Shown: positions 13,163 through 27,584 of the stretch, one piece after another
Position numbering within the stretch: the stretch's first letter is position 1
Layout of the letters: every line of letters starts with the position of its first letter
DNA from: Lophium mytilinum
Taxonomy: Eukaryota
DNA: 64,000 bases
Direction: 5' to 3'
NCBI GenBank assembly: GCA_010093605.1
Contig: MU004185.1
Span: 2,315,334-2,379,333 of the forward strand
The notes under the pieces: model-generated
The model's input: only the letters and a program-made list of their open reading frames with translations
Told to the model about the DNA's origin: nothing
Database searches by the model: none
Translations under genes and position numbers: made by a program

Positions 13163-13271
13163 TACCTAGGAGGTAGCTCCAGCACGCCTCACTACTGTCC
13201 CCCTTCATCCATCGCTGCTGCTCTCATATTGGAATCTCTGGCAGTGACTTTGCGTCATCTTTCTTCCCAAC

Positions 13272-15846
13272 ATGGCTTCTAAGAAGCAGCCGTTATTGGT
13301 GCCCTCGTACCCGGCGGCAACAGTCGGAGCTCCCTCTCATCACTCATCTCCAACCAAGCAGCGTTGTGCAGGACGACGGTTCTTGGGAGCTGGTGCTGTC
13401 ACCCTTATGGCCCTGGGACTACTGTATGGTTTGTATGCCGCATCTTTAAGGCAGATCCAGCTGGCTGACACGAAGTAGGTGTTCCGTTCGCCAGCGAGCC
13501 CACATCAACAGCACCATGCATGTCCGCCAGCTGTGTCCACGCAGCCTCCGAGATCCTCTACAACCTTCATCCCAATTACAAGAGCCTCGACCCCTGCGAG
13601 GATACCTATGAATACATTTGTGGGGGATGGGGTGACCGACACGATCTTCGTCCCGACCAGGGAGATGCATCTTCACTCAGCGTCCTCTCCGAGGAAGGAC
13701 AACTCCTCTCTAGGCATATTCTTGACTCGCCCTATCCAGGAGATGACCCACTCGAGATATTTATTAACTCATACTCTGCGAACGGGGTAGATAAAGAGAA
13801 CTTCGAACAGTTAAAGGCTGCCTATACCGCATGCATGGACGAAGATACCATCAAGAAGGCCGGTGTCAGTCCGCTGAAGTCATTGCTGGAGGATATTGCA
13901 GGGAAGAACATCACTGAAACGGTCTTGTCGCTACTAGAAAATGGCGTCGGGGCACTGGCTTCTTTCTATACTTCAGTGAGTGCAATCGATGTTCCCCTAG
14001 TCAACGAAACTGTCAAATCTAACACGACATCAGGGCGACGATCGAGATCCTGATTCCGTTGCTATCTTCGTTACCCCTCCGAGGTCCATTGGCCTCCCCT
14101 CGAAAGAATACTACGACGATGAAGCCGTCGTAAAGGAGTACAAGGAAGTGCTTTCAAAAGTTACAAGTGCCCTCGTGGCCGCCGATGTTCTGTCGAGCGA
14201 ACAGGCAGCGTTGTTTGCTACTACGCCCGACACCGATGGCATCGTAGACTTCGAAAAGGAGCTTGCCAAAGCTTCTCCTCCCCCGGAAGATTTGGAGAGT
14301 GTCGTCAAGTACTATAACCCTCGGACTCTCGAAGAAACCTCCAAACTACTCCCGCAACTCTCAGTCAGCCGTATCATATCCGCTCTTGGCCCTTCAGACT
14401 TCACTGCGAAGCGCATCATTGTCGGGTCACCCGAGTACATGAAGTCTCTATCTGACATCCTCGACAAAACGCCAGAAGGATCATTACACGGCTACTTCAT
14501 GTGGAAAGCCGTTCAGGCGTACGCTTCCTCGGTCGAGCACGACGCACTGAAGCCTCTGAAACAATTCAGGAACAAGCTTCAAGGTAAAGACCTCGACGCC
14601 GTGCCAGACCGCTGGCGAACTTGCATTGCAGTAGTGGACGATACCCTGGGGTGGACCCTAAGCCGCTTCTTCGTCCAGAGAGCATTTTCCAAGGCTGCGA
14701 AAGAGTTTGGCGACCGCATCATCCACGACATCAAAGATCAGTTCAAGATCATACTCGGCCGTACCGAGTGGATGAGCAAGGACGTGCAGAAGCTGGGCCA
14801 GAAGAAGGTCGACAATATCGTGCAGAAGATTGGATACCCAACCGCCAGTCCTGACATCATGGACCCGGATAAGCTGAAAGAGTACTACACCGGGTTGACT
14901 ATCACCAACTCAAGCTTCTTCGAAAACAATCGCAACGCCGCCAAATTCGACATCAAGCGCGAGTGGTCCAAACTGGGAAAGCCAACAGACCGCGACGAGT
15001 GGGGCATGACCGCTTCAACCGTCAACGCATACTACAATCCTGCTGGAAACGAGATCGTGTTCCCGGCCGGTATCATGCAAGCGCCGCTGTTCTACGACCC
15101 GGAGGTGCCACAATACTTGTCGTATGGCGCATTTGGGGCTGTTAGCGGGCACGAACTGTCGCATGGTGGGCTCCCTTTACCAACTTTCCTACAAAGTTAT
15201 ACAATCAGTACTAGATCAACATACTAACACATCCACAGCCTTTGACAGCAGCGGCCGCCACTACGACGAAATCGGCAACTACTCCGACTGGTGGGACACC
15301 AAAACCGTGAAAGCCTTCGAGGAACGGGCTCAATGCTTCGTAGACCAATACGCGAACTTCACCGTCGCGGGACCGGACGGCAAGCCCCTCCACGTCAATG
15401 GCCGCTTGACATTGGGCGAGAACATTGCGGATGCAGGCGGGTTGAATGCGGCGTTCGCGGCGTGGCAGAAGCGCGATGAGGAGAAGCCAGACAAGTCTCT
15501 CCCGGGACTGCTGGACTTCACTAAAGAACAGGTTCGTGACAAGCATTCCATCCTAGAACATGCGCTGTATGAAGAGAAGGCTAATCAAGTGATGCTAGCT
15601 CTTCATGCTCAACTACGGCAACACGTGGTGCGGACTCACGAGGACGGGGACGGCGATTCAGAGGATTTATCAGGACCCGCACTCGCCCAAGTTTGCAAGA
15701 GTTGCGGTATGTACCTTCCCACACCTTATATATGCTCTGCCTGGTCTCATTTGCTAATTGATACGAAGGGCACATTGGCCAACACGCGAGCGTTCAGAGA
15801 GGCGTTCAAATGCCCCGTCAAGGAACCAACGTGTAAGCTTTGGTAA
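13272..15846 (+). CDS. M13 family zinc metallopeptidase (neprilysin/ECE-like), type II membrane anchor
   Basis: N-terminal hydrophobic anchor, DPCEDTYEYICGGW, VNAYY, HELSH (HExxH), GENIAD, C-terminal CKLW; several introns. Confidence 0.93.
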
Positions 15847-16410
15847 TGGCGCGAGAAGGTCCTGAAGTGTCTTTCGGATGGGTGGGACGTGTACATTAGC
15901 ATCAATTTGGTTAATAGCAACGCATTCTTCAGTTCTCAAATTAATATCTATGATTCAAGCTGCGTGGAACGAGAATTAGGAAGCACGCGGCTACGAGAGG
16001 TTCGCCGCTTTGGATATTCAGTCGAAGCTAGTTCGTGAAAGGAAAACGACGAGCACGTGGATATGTGACGAGTCTCCACACACAGATTCGCGTTGCAGTG
16101 GGTATGGGCATTGCCAAATTTGTGAAAACCTCTGGAGTCTTCGACTTCATCATTCACGACTACACATACAGTCTTGCATGGCTAACTCGTTTTCTGTTTT
16201 GAACATACTCTATCCATCACACTCGTCGCCTCACTTCTACAGGTAAGCCTCTGCAGCAACAGATCTGAGATAAGGCAGTCAAAAAGCCGCCCATCGCCCT
16301 CCCCCCGATTCACAGAAGAGGAATGCTTTTTCATCAAAGTCGCCAAGTGCCAAACCAACGTGCCCCTCCCCCCTCCCCCCTCCCCCCCAGACTTGCAAAT
16401 CTTATCTACT

Positions 16411-19152
16411 CTACTCATCCAGCTGCACATAGTTGGCCGGGAAGAGCCCAGATTTGCCGCCGAAGTGGCCGAGCCACCAGTCCTCGTCTGGGAACTCCTA
16501 TAGCAGGCTATTAGCATCCTCATCTAGGCATTTTGAAGGTTGAAGAGCATCACTTACCACACCAGTAATTGTCGCCCCATCCGGGAAACTCAGCTCGTTG
16601 TCTTCCGCAGCCTCGTAGTCATACAGCGCCGTCGCCGTCGGGCCGGCACCTCCAGACGGCTGTGGCGGGCCAGCCGGTGGCGCTGGCTCATGCTCTTCCT
16701 CTTCTTGCACGGCGGCCCTTGCCGGCTGCGGCGGTGCTTGCTCCTCCTCCTCCTCCCCGTCGTCGTCAACGAGCTCAACGTAATTACTCGGGAACAGGCC
16801 TGTCTCGCCCGCTCCGTTCTGACCCATCCACCAATCGTCGTCCACAAAATCGATGTTAGTGACGTACTCGCCCTCGCGCAGCTCGAGCTCGTTGTCCTCC
16901 GCCTTCTCATAATCGTACTGGATGAGCGCGCGCTTGCCACCGTGGGACTCGCTGTGTGCGGCCACGGCTGCGGCGCCAACACCCGCGCCAATGCCAGCGG
17001 CTGCGACCGCCATGCCGGCAGCACGGGCGGGGTCGTGGGATTCGACTTTGGGCTCGGCGGGGATATCACGGGAGGCGGAGACGGCTTGGTCGAGGGAGTG
17101 AGTGGGCATCGGGGGAGGCGAGAAGCGCTCTTCTGGGGCATGCATGGGTTCAGGAGTGGCGCCGCGCGCGACGGGCATGGCGATGCGGACCGGGGAGCCT
17201 TCTGGTTCCTCGAGCTCGGGGGACGGGGTGCGGACATGGCGAGGAGGAGATGGGATGTTTTGGTGTTGTTCCGCTGGGATCTCTTGCTGGGAAGGACGGG
17301 ACGGGAGGCCTGGGATTGGGATGCCGCGGCCAGCATTGGGTTTACTGGAGAAGTCCATTGGTGGTGGCATTGCGGGTGCTTCTGGTTCTGGTGCTGCTCG
17401 CGTACTGGGAGCACCCATCGGAGCGGCTCCCTTGAAGCGGTCACGAATAGAGCCGACCCCTCCGGCGGGAGAGGATGGCTCTTCTGGTGTGTGCTCTTGT
17501 CCGGTGTTGCTGGCTGAGATGACTCCAGTGTTTTGTTGGCTGAGAGAATTGCTTCCCGCGGATTGGCCGGTACGGGTCGTCTGAACGGGCGCCCACGACT
17601 TCCCAGCATAACCACTATGCCATCCGCCACCTCCGCTCTTTTGCCCAGATAATTGGCCTGCTAATGGTGCTGCGGGCCCACCAATGCTGGGAGAGGGCGC
17701 AGAGGGAGCTCCACCTTGGCGAGCCTTCTTCTCAGCCCACAGTTGAGCCGGAGTCTTTCCACCTTCGTCGGCAAAGGTACGGCTAGCAGTTCCGACAGGT
17801 GCAGCAGGCGCGGGTTTCGCTCCAAACGGTGTGGGTGCGGGAGCTTTGGTACCTGTGAAGGTACTCGATCCGCCGAACTTGTTTGCAACTTTCGGCTTTG
17901 GCAATGAGGTCAACCTTTCGGATTGCTTGAAAGCAGCGGACCTGTCTGCGAGCGACTTGGGCGCATCACCCTCCTCACTTCGACCAGAGGCTTCAGTAAT
18001 AGCAGGAGAGAGATTCGATGGTGGTGATGCGGTATCGGACGGTCCTTGAGCTCTAGCGCGAATGGCTGCAATATCAACTTTTCCGACTGGCTCATAAGCA
18101 CCTTTCACCGGCGCAGGCCTTAGATCTTCCTTCTCCTTGGCCTGGCGACGCAGTGCAGCAATATCGACCTTTCCAACGGGTTGATAGCCTCCTCTTACAA
18201 CATCACTCTGATCATTGTTCGGTTGTGGGGCGCTGAACCTCGATGGTGCCTGTTTCTGCGATGTAAGGTCGGATATGTTTACTTTGGTGGGTTTATATGC
18301 CGAATCCACCTTTTCCAACTGCGACCTCGTAATCGGAGGCGCATCTGAGCCCCAGCCGTCGGCATCCACGTTGGTGTCTTTTGGCGCAGCTCGCGCGCCT
18401 AGTGGGTTGAAACCACGTCCTCCAGCTCCGCTCTGCGAGGGTGTAAATACTGGCTTCGAGGAAACGGGCGGGGGTGGCCCTCCGGAGCTGTGTAAGGCAG
18501 GTCCGCCAGCGTATTTGGAGCCCGAGGCATCCGAAACCTTTTGCACGATGCCTTCGGGGGTGAGGTCTCTGTCTGATCTGGCTGTGACTTGGACATGGTA
18601 TCCCTTCGAAAAGTCAGAATTGTGATCTTAAAATAGATTTGACTGAAATTACATGTAAAAGCTTCGAGACAACGCCCAGGTGGCTGCCGAAATAGCCCTT
18701 GGTTCGTTCAGGTACACCTTCGCCGCACTGAGATTCAAATTACAGTCAGCCGTGCTCTAAGAAAGAGGGGTGAGTAAGCATACCCAGGCTATCAGAACAG
18801 ACTTGGGAAGAGAGGTATTCGGATCCTTGACTTTCAGGAACGCAAACTGGATCCTGCCGTCGTTGAAGTCCTCTATCAGATCGGAGAGTTCGCCCTCTGT
18901 AATCCAATTAGCACCGTGCAGTTGCTGTCCTACGTGATATAGCTAACCTCCCACAGTTTCTACCTTCAACACGCTCTCCTTTCCCCCATCGTTCTGGAAA
19001 GCGCTGACTAGTGGGGCAACGACAGTGAACAGTGCCCATTGACCATAGGTAGGAGAGCTGGCAGAGGCGCCGGATGGCTTCGGAGCATCAACAATGGACT
19101 GGTAGCTGCGCTTGATGTTGACACCATTGGTGGAGGTGTTGAGGGAGGCCAT
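16411..19152 (-). CDS. ABP1: Actin-binding protein Abp1/App1 (ADF-H domain, Pro-rich linker, two SH3)
   Basis: MASLNTSTNG start; ADF-H exons (DFNDGRIQFAF, PERTKGYF); SH3 motifs YDYEKAEDNEL..DDDWW..GLFPSNYV and YDYEAAEDNEL..EDWW..GLFPANYV*. Confidence 0.9.
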
Positions 19153-19930
19153 GGTGAATAGGCGTAAGCCGGCTGAGGGGTTGCAAAGCTGGCTGGAAAG
19201 AGGGCCCTTGGGGGAGTGGGGGGGTAGAGAGAGAGACGAGGAGGGTGTATAGCTTGTTAAGGGTCGACAAGGAGAGTGGCCGGAGGCGGCGCGTGGATAG
19301 TCCGGGGCTGAGTTGGACTCGACAGCTCCCAACTATGCCTGTGTGCTATTAGCGATGACGAAGGCGAGGGCATCGGAAACACCGAGTCTGCCAAGAGCTA
19401 TCTGGTACGGCGTGTGATTTTAGTCAGATTCACCACTTTGATATTTGCTAGTCTCTAGAACGCAAGGACTCATCTTGATATCTATTCAGCTGCCTCTGTG
19501 AGAGTTTCTAGTTGGAAATCGACCTATGTCGTGACTATTGCTCCAGTATCCGGTGTTGGGACAGACTGCCACTAGTTCCCGGGCACGTGCCGGGCATGCA
19601 GAAAGGGCAGCTGAAACCGCACAGCTCGCCTCACCTTTCCGGCCGCTTTGATTCGTCCAGCGTAACATGAAAGTGAAGCTCTCACGCGCTTCTCACGTCT
19701 CCTTATACTCTTCCCCTCCCCATACACTGCCAGCCCATCTTACTCCTGCCTCTATACCCATATTCTCTACTCTGCTTGAGCTACCCAGCTGAGAAGCGCA
19801 TCGACCTGCCAACTGCAGCCGTCTACCGCCTACCTTGAACAGCCATCCTCGCTCCAACACGAATATCCTCATGGCGGCGGCCTATCGAACCACTGTCGCA
19901 TGAGAGGCGCTGCGGGGGCTGGGAGGCGCA

Positions 19931-22900
19931 ATGGAGGAGGAAGAGCGCGAGCCCAGTGTCGCATCCTCGTCAGACCTCTACTCTGAGTCTGATACTCCCG
20001 CGGCTATTCAACACCATGGCCCGACGCCAACAAAGCGCAAGGCAGAGCGTACAGACTCTGGCCCGGACAAGAAGCGCAAACTTGATCCCATCTCAAGCTC
20101 TCCTTCCTCACATCTTCTTCCCTGCGTTGGCCTTCCGCCAGAAATCTGGCAGAATGTTTTCCTTTCCTGTTCGCCTGCAACCCTCGGAAGACTGTTGCAG
20201 GTAAATCGATCTTTTCGTTCATATCTTCTCGACGTCCAGTCTCCCTCCAGTGGGACTGGTTGTCTCTGTCTTGTCAGATCCGACTCTATTTGGATCGCGG
20301 CGAGAAAGGCTCATCCAACGCGACCCTCGAAGCCTCCTGAAGGCTTCTCTGAGGTCGACTTATGGAGCCTCATACTGGGCAAATCCTGCCAGTTCTGCCA
20401 CCGAACTCCTTCTTCCTCGCCAGGAGAGAAACCCTGGGAGAAAGGACCGGGTCCAAACGGCGTGCGCATCATATGGCCCTTCTGGGTCCGCGCGTGTGGC
20501 AGCTGTTTGCAAGACAGATGCGAAAGGGTAAGTTAGACGCTTTACGGACTGCTGTATTATGCTGACAGCGCGTAGGATACGACACTGCTCTTTTCTGCCG
20601 CGTCCGCCCTGCGTCCAGCGCTTCCCTTCGCCTTCATGACCTCCGATCTCAACGTCATTGCGGCTTCATCCTTGCAGGATCCCGCCCTACCTCCAAGTCT
20701 CCAAATATTCAAAGTCTACTACAAACCACAAATACAACAGATGGAAATAGAACTCGTTGAAGCGCAAAGCCGTGGCCCAGCAGCCGCCGAAGAGTGGCTC
20801 AAGGGTCTGGACAGTCGGGGACGGGCCCGTATGAGCAACTCCGCTGGTTGGGAGCGATGGGAGATCAAATACCAGTGGTGGCTCAGCCACCAAGATACTC
20901 GAAGCACACCGATGTCTACATCTACAACCCCAGGCCCGCCTTTTCCACAAAAGACAGCCTCGCCATTCCGTGCTGCTATTACTTCTGGAACTAGCAATGG
21001 AGTACCCGTGGCCTGTAAGTCCATTTCATCTATTCCGTTAATCAGTCTCCACGATCATCCTAGTGTTCGTCACCTCGCCCCATGGAAGTCTGATCAAAAG
21101 CTAGCGACATCCACGCAACTGTTGCCTCCTCGTCCGGCCGTTTCAGCACAGCCCATGCATGTTCCGCAGCACATATCGCAGCCGCCATTGCATCATCCTC
21201 GCCCAGAACGAAACATCCATGATGCCAACGAAGCCAAGGCAGCCCGCAAAGCCGACATCGAACGTCGATGTGAAGCCCTGTCTCCACCAATTCCAGCCAA
21301 CGTACTTCGCCATATGGAATCCTTCAAAGCAGCAATACAAATCTCACAGCCAATGACGGAGTACTCCTGGGAAGTCCTCAAGCCTCGTCTACTTGCTCAG
21401 AGAACAGACGCAGAGAAATCTGAAAGCGAGCAGGCAGCACGTATGGCCCACCTGCAAACGCGTGTCGCTGACCGGCGCCAGAAGGACGCCAGCCTCAAAG
21501 AAGTGAAAGAAGTGATTGATCGAGACTGGGAAGACTCCCAGAAGCCCGTTCGCGATCGCCTTTCCTCATATGCAGATGGTTTCATCCAGTCAAAGTGGGC
21601 TGGTGACAAATTAATTAATCATGACAGCAGCCCCAGGTTTGCCGCGGAGCTTCTTCTGCATGTTCGCCAGAAATTTTATTCTGATGTTTCCAACGAGGAT
21701 AGGACGGCTAATGATGCCCCGGACATGGACTTGGACCAGCCAGAGCAACCTGCCCGGCGGACCCTTATCTTGGAAAATATGAAATGGACATATGACAACA
21801 AGATCAAGCCTCTAACCGAACAGTTTCGTAAAGAGCTTTTCCTTTGCAACGGCTGTGACGGAAACTTCCGCTACTACGGCTTTGAAGGAGTGATTCAACA
21901 TTACGGAGCCAAGCACACCAGTGCTTTCAGTGTAGGGAATGTCGTCGTTTCTTGGAGAGAAGCCGAGTGGCCAGAGGAACCTCCTTTCCATCCGGATCCC
22001 AGTGCGGCTAAGACTTATGGTCACTCTGTGCCAACTTCTATGCCAAGCCATGGTCAATCTGCCTATGCGCCTTACTATGGTGGGTATTCCCGTGGAGGGA
22101 CGACTACTCCCCAAATGCCCCTCCATCTCCAAAGTCCAAGCCCGTACATGCCGTACGGAACGCAGTTAAATGGCCCGTTTCCACCCCCTCCACCTCCCAA
22201 TCCGGGTCATGGAGCGAGTTACAGCTATTCGCAAGGGTATGCGCAGCAACAGCCCATGGATCCGTACAACGGGTATCAGCCAGGATACCTAGGTTACTCG
22301 ACGTCCCCACTAATGAATTCTTCCGTCCCAGCTGGAAATGGATACAATGGATTTGGCCTCCAGACTTCTCCGCATCATGCACCAGTTGCCCCAGCCCCAA
22401 TGCCACAAGAGCCCGATAAAGATGAGCCATTCCGCACTACTCTCTTCGACAAACAGGTGAGAAGCCTCGTGGAAATGGCTCGGGACATCTGGACCAGTAC
22501 TTCTGGGATTAAGGATTTGCCAAACAGTGTTAGAGTCTATGTGTTGCTACATCGCGTTATTTCCAAATTTCAACTTCAATTTGATCACGAACCAATTTTG
22601 GATCATTTCGCCGAGGCTGTTCAAAGTCATTCCCTGCCAGGGTTGAAGTCTGCCGCCGGACTTGCCTGTAAGGCGTGTCATTCTGAGCATCTCAGTCAAT
22701 TTCCCATGCCGCATGTACCTCGACCTGAGGAAAGAAAAACATATCATGTACTTTCTCTTTTCTCTCATTTCAAGTCAGTACACTTAGAGCGGTTTGGACC
22801 CCGGCCAACCTTCCAAAATGGCCAACAACTCCGCCTTCTAGATTGGAAAGAGGACATGATCGAACTTCCCAGCGATCGATTGATATCTGGCCTTATTCAT

Positions 22901-24592
22901 GCTCCCGGAATGGATGATGAGAAGCTGCATATCATTGCAACAGTGTTTCCTACGCTATTCCCAACTCCTCTGCCGAGGATCGGGGTAGTGGATCAGTCTG
23001 GCGTAGCATCGGCATCTCTGACCAGACCAAAGAGTGCAAAACTGGACAGAGATACGCCTGACGCTTTGGCTGAAGATTTGCAAACCACTCCACGTAAGTC
23101 TCCACATGGACGGGCCAATCTACCTCCCCGCCCGGGTGAGGAGGAATATGATCCACTTCGACCAGCCCTGGTCAGAGACTCTAGGCTTCCCGTCGGGGCA
23201 TCTTACAGGAGGCCGTCTCATTCATGGAGCCCACCACCGGATGATCGTAGGCAGGTCTACAATGCCGAGCCGAGATATATCGTAGGTGGACCGCAGTACT
23301 ACCCGGTAAACGGTTCCGACACTGACGCATTTACTTTGAAGCGACCACGGGATGCCATGGACGATGAATACGCCGGTCCTCCAACCCGCCAATACATGGA
23401 AGTAAGCCCTAATGGAACACGTTACATTCGCGATGCTAGTCCGTTGTACCCGGAAATACGGAATAGAAGACCGGTCTATCACGATCGTGAAGCGTATCCT
23501 GGTCTTCCACCCAGACAGTCCAGGAGCTTTTTCAGAGGACCAGGCCAAGTTGGTGCAACTGAAGGTCTTCCAGGAACGGACGATCGATATCGCTACCCTC
23601 TCGAGAGTGCTGGGCCTCGTTCACGTAGCGAGTCGCCCGCCAGAGCAGAAACTGACGCAGAACGCTTCCTCAACGAATTCGTGCCCCCGGCTCCTCTACC
23701 GCAACACATCCGCAAGGAAGAGGAAGACCGTCGTCAGGCCTGGCCTCCAGAAGACATGGACGACGGTTCCAGATACACGCCACCCCCTCCAATCCTTGTG
23801 GCGCCCGCAGACGATCGTCCAGACCCCAACACACCCTTAGGACCTCAGCCCATCCCCATAAATAGCTCCCTCCAATACGAGGATCCCCGTCACGGCAGAT
23901 ATACACCGGATCCAGGACATGCACCTAGGAGACCGGGGCTTGGACCCTACCGCCGCAGAGAAGTGCCGGTGCCTTCGCGCTACGCGAGATACATGAGTGC
24001 GGCTGACCGCGACACATACGCCCGCGGCCACAGCATTCAGCGTTCGCATAGCCGATATGAACGGAGGTATGAGAGGTATGATCAGCAACGGAGGCGGTTG
24101 GACCAAGAAGGAGAAACGCCAGGGCCGCCCACAGCCGCAGAACGAGAGAGGGACATGAGCATCGATCGCTACGCCGATGAGCGGGAGCATGAAGGGTACT
24201 ACCACCCACTCCGCCACGGGTCGAGGGATTATGTCCCGATCGAAGATCATCGTGGTGCTGGGCCCCCACCCTCGCGATACCTGTCTCGCTTCGCGGCTGA
24301 CCCGGCGGATGCGCAGCCGCCGCAGTTTGTGGATGAGTTCGGTGAACCGGTGCAATACGTCCGAGTCCGGAGTGAGGCGTACCCACCTCGCTATGCCGAT
24401 GAGAGGGAGAGGGTTGAATACGTCCCGGTTGGCTATGACCGTCGCGAAAGGGAAAGAGAAAGACAATACGTTTACTACGATGAGCCGGCGCCGCTGGTGA
24501 GGGGAGGCGAGGTTGGGGTGGAGAGGGTGCCTGTACCTGTGGCCGCGCCTGTCCCTGGGGCGTTTGAGGGCGAAGTGGGTGAAGAGAGATGA
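19931..24592 (+). CDS. Large fungal F-box protein with Cys/His motifs and long disordered C-terminus (DUF7892-like)
   Basis: F-box LPPEIWQNVF..PATLGRLLQVNRSF; CQFC..CGSC; CNGC..HYGAKH; intron ~20530-20575; 1318-aa ORF. Confidence 0.85.
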
Positions 24593-25382
24593 GGGAAGGT
24601 TCTGTTTATGGAGTTTGGGATCCATGGGCTGGGTGGGTAGAAAAGTGTGCTTCTGTGTAGCGTTGCTGCAAAGGGCGGTTAATGGGAGAGAATGTGTGTA
24701 TGAGTATGTACTGCGGGAATTTGCGTGGAGTTGGCTTTGTCTTTGTTCAAGTGGGCGGGTCTTTGATGTTTGAACGAAAACCTAATAATGTGAGCGCTGG
24801 TTTGCAGAAAACTATCTTGGCGGTGATATCGTTGCTGTGACTGGGAGAGGCTCAAAACCCCTGCAAAGACCTACCCGTCCTATCAGTCTCCGTTTGCCAC
24901 AGTGTCACAGCACAGATCGCGACTTTTCCCTTCCGTCATTTGAGAGGATATGGAGAAGCAAGTACGGACTTACAACCTCGTACCGCACCGTACATAGCGT
25001 TGTTAGCTCCGGAGCACCGCGGTTCATCGATCATCCTCGTCTCCCGCTAACCCCAAGACGGTATGCAGGTTGTGCATATGCAAGCGCTGATTGGCTGCGT
25101 CAACGTCGCCCCATCAGCTGTTCCGAGATAGGTATACAAAGAGGTTTTTAGCTCCTCGCTTTACACGTCTTATATCCGCTCCGACTCTCTGGTTTCGTCA
25201 GCCGTTTAGGTTTTGCGATATATAAACACTAGGTCTGCCGTGCTACTCCGGCGCTCGCTTTCCTACCTCTACTAGCTCTCTTCTTTCATCTAATCTTCCT
25301 GCTTCCCTACTTATCTCTCACAATTCTACAACCTAATTAACTCCATCTCCACTTTCCAACTCTCTAAGTTCCTAAAGATACA

Positions 25383-26386
25383 ATGCCCTTCACACCCACC
25401 CGCGTCCTCCTCATCGGCGCCACCGCCGGCATCGGCGCCGCCGTCGCCGACCACCTCATCCACGCCGGCAGCAAAGTCACCGCCGTCGGCCGCCGCCAGG
25501 ACCGCCTCGACGCCTTTGTCGCGAAGCACGGCGCTGAGAAAGCGAGCGCTGTACGTTTCGATATTGGCGACGGTGCGGGAATGGATGGGTTTGTTGAGAC
25601 GTAAGTAGCCCGAGACCCGGAGGTGAAGGGTGGAGTTGGGCAGAGAAAGCAACGAAATGCGAAACTGATATTCAACTTCGGCAGCATCACAAAGGAGTAC
25701 CCCGACATCGACTGCATCTGGCTGAACGCCGGCGTCCAGACCCACGTCGACTTCACGAAGCCGGGGGAAGTGGATCTAGCCGCGTTTCATCGGGAGACGG
25801 CGGTTAATTTCACGGCGATTGTTGACCTAACCGTCAAGTTTCTGCCTTTTTTGATGCTGAAGGGGGAGAGCAGTCTAGTGTTGTGAGTACACATCCCTCC
25901 CCAGAGCAAGTCGGGGAGTTTTTGCTAATGATGGTCGGTGTAGCACCGGCAGTCACCTCTCCTTGATCCCTGCGGCGGGGTTGCCGGCGTACTCGGCGTC
26001 GAAAGCGGCGCTGGGGTCGTTTGTGCTCAGTTTGAGGGAGCAGTTGCGGGCGTCGAAGGATACGCAGGGGGTGCGGGTTGTGGAGGTGTTTCCGCCGGTC
26101 ACGCAGAGTATGTTACCAATTCTTTTGCTCCTTTCCGGCATTTTGAGGGGAATTCTAATGGCTCGTGATAGCGGAGTTACATGATCACATGGGTCCCTCT
26201 GGCCGCTCGTTCGGGATGCCGGTGACTGAGTTCGTGGAGAAGGCGTTCGAGGGGCTGGATGCTGGGAGTGATCAGGTGGTCGTTGGGACTATAGCGGGAC
26301 TGCCTTATGAAGATTTTGTTAGGCTGGCGGGGGAGAGGAGGGCGGCGACGGAGGGGTTGGCGAAGATTATGAGGGGTGGAAAATAG
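25383..26386 (+). CDS. Short-chain dehydrogenase/reductase (DltE-like), 4 exons
   Basis: GATAGIG Rossmann motif, NAG, YSASK catalytic motif, VVEVFPPVT. Confidence 0.9.
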
Positions 26387-26607
26387 GGAGTGCGTTGGAG
26401 ACTGGGGTAAGAGTGAAAGGGAAAGCGGACAGGAAATAAAGCATATGAGTGAATCAGATTTAGGCGAGTATGTTTCACGAAGTTGCCTCCGTTCTCGCAA
26501 TGATATGACTGGTAATAGCGACTTTGGAACTCCCTAAATTTGCTTAGAGTAGCTTAGTAGGTCTTTTAACACTTTGGGTACACCCTAGATCCGCATGCAG
26601 AGGAAAT

Positions 26608-27312
26608 TGTTAAAATACGGAAACCCATGCCCTCCGTTAGGAGGGGGTTGATTCTTCTAATATAGGCTACAGATGGGTTTTATCTCAAACAGCTTGCCTT
26701 ATCCGATATTTTTGGGGTTATTCAGTCCAACACTCCCCCGGAAAACCACAAACGACACTCTTGGCTCCCTTCTCGATGGTGAATACTGGCTCCCCTTCCT
26801 CCGCGATGAACAGCTTTCTTGTCTAGTAAATGCCACCCCTATTCTCTCTTCCTTATCCTCCGTATCCCCCTTTCCTTTATATTATCCGCTCCGGCAGGCT
26901 CTCTAAAGACGGCTCTTAAACAACTCCAGGTATAGGCTCTTATTACGGCTCTTAGGCTTGTAGGAAACGGATTTATCTACCTAGGTGTTAGATACAGCTG
27001 CTTGGATCCAGCTGGTCGGCAACGGTACAATCGCGAGTGGTGAATAGGCGCAAGTGGTGAACAGTCGTGGGTGGTGAGCAGATGTTTTACACCCCCTGAT
27101 AGGGTGGATGGGCCCCGGCGAATCGGTGAGTAACCAACTAAGCTACTATGAAAGATACGGAATAAACTTCTGAATTCACTAAAGAAGAAGAGAGAGACTA
27201 TCTACTAGGAAGAACGCTCCTTTACTATCCTCCACGGGCTTGCTCCTTAGGCTTGCTCTACTACGTACAAATAGCAATCCTTCATTCACCTAGACAAGCT
27301 TTCTCCATGACA
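26608..27312 (-). mobile_element. LTR-retrotransposon relics (putative short LTR with adjacent polypurine tract, plus a second LTR-like segment)
   Basis: Minus strand reads GGGGGAG-TGTTGGA at 26739-26726 (PPT/LTR junction pattern); TGTT...AACA ends at 26608-26732; second TGTTA...TGACA segment 26986-27312; partial TA enrichment; no TSD found. Confidence 0.4.
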
Positions 27313-27469
27313 AACGGATTGGATGACACCGTTCCAACAGAAATGGGGCTACCAGTTAACTATAAGTACATGCTAGCTAGGACACTCCTTACAGAACGAT
27401 CGCTACGTTCGCAAACTCATATTACCGGTAGTAGGAAGTAAGCTCTATTTAAAAGGCAAAAAAAGAAAA

Positions 27470-27584
27470 TCAATCCATCCGCGATTCGAACCTCGGTCGT
27501 AAAAATCGAAAGCGCAAAAGAAATTCAAATCCCATGATACGAAGGAGCTAGAGAGCTGCTTATGACCAACTAGCCATGAGTGTC
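27470..27584 (-). tRNA. Degenerate tRNA-like / Pol III element (pseudo-tRNA or SINE head)
   Basis: Minus strand TGGCTAGTTGG (A-box-like) ... GGTTCGAATC (B-box) followed by T-runs; stems pair imperfectly, isotype not assignable. Confidence 0.4.

Noticed and set aside
16540..17630. Long overlapping ORFs (325 and 346 aa)
   Set aside because: Antisense or alternate-frame shadows of the GC-rich ABP1 coding region
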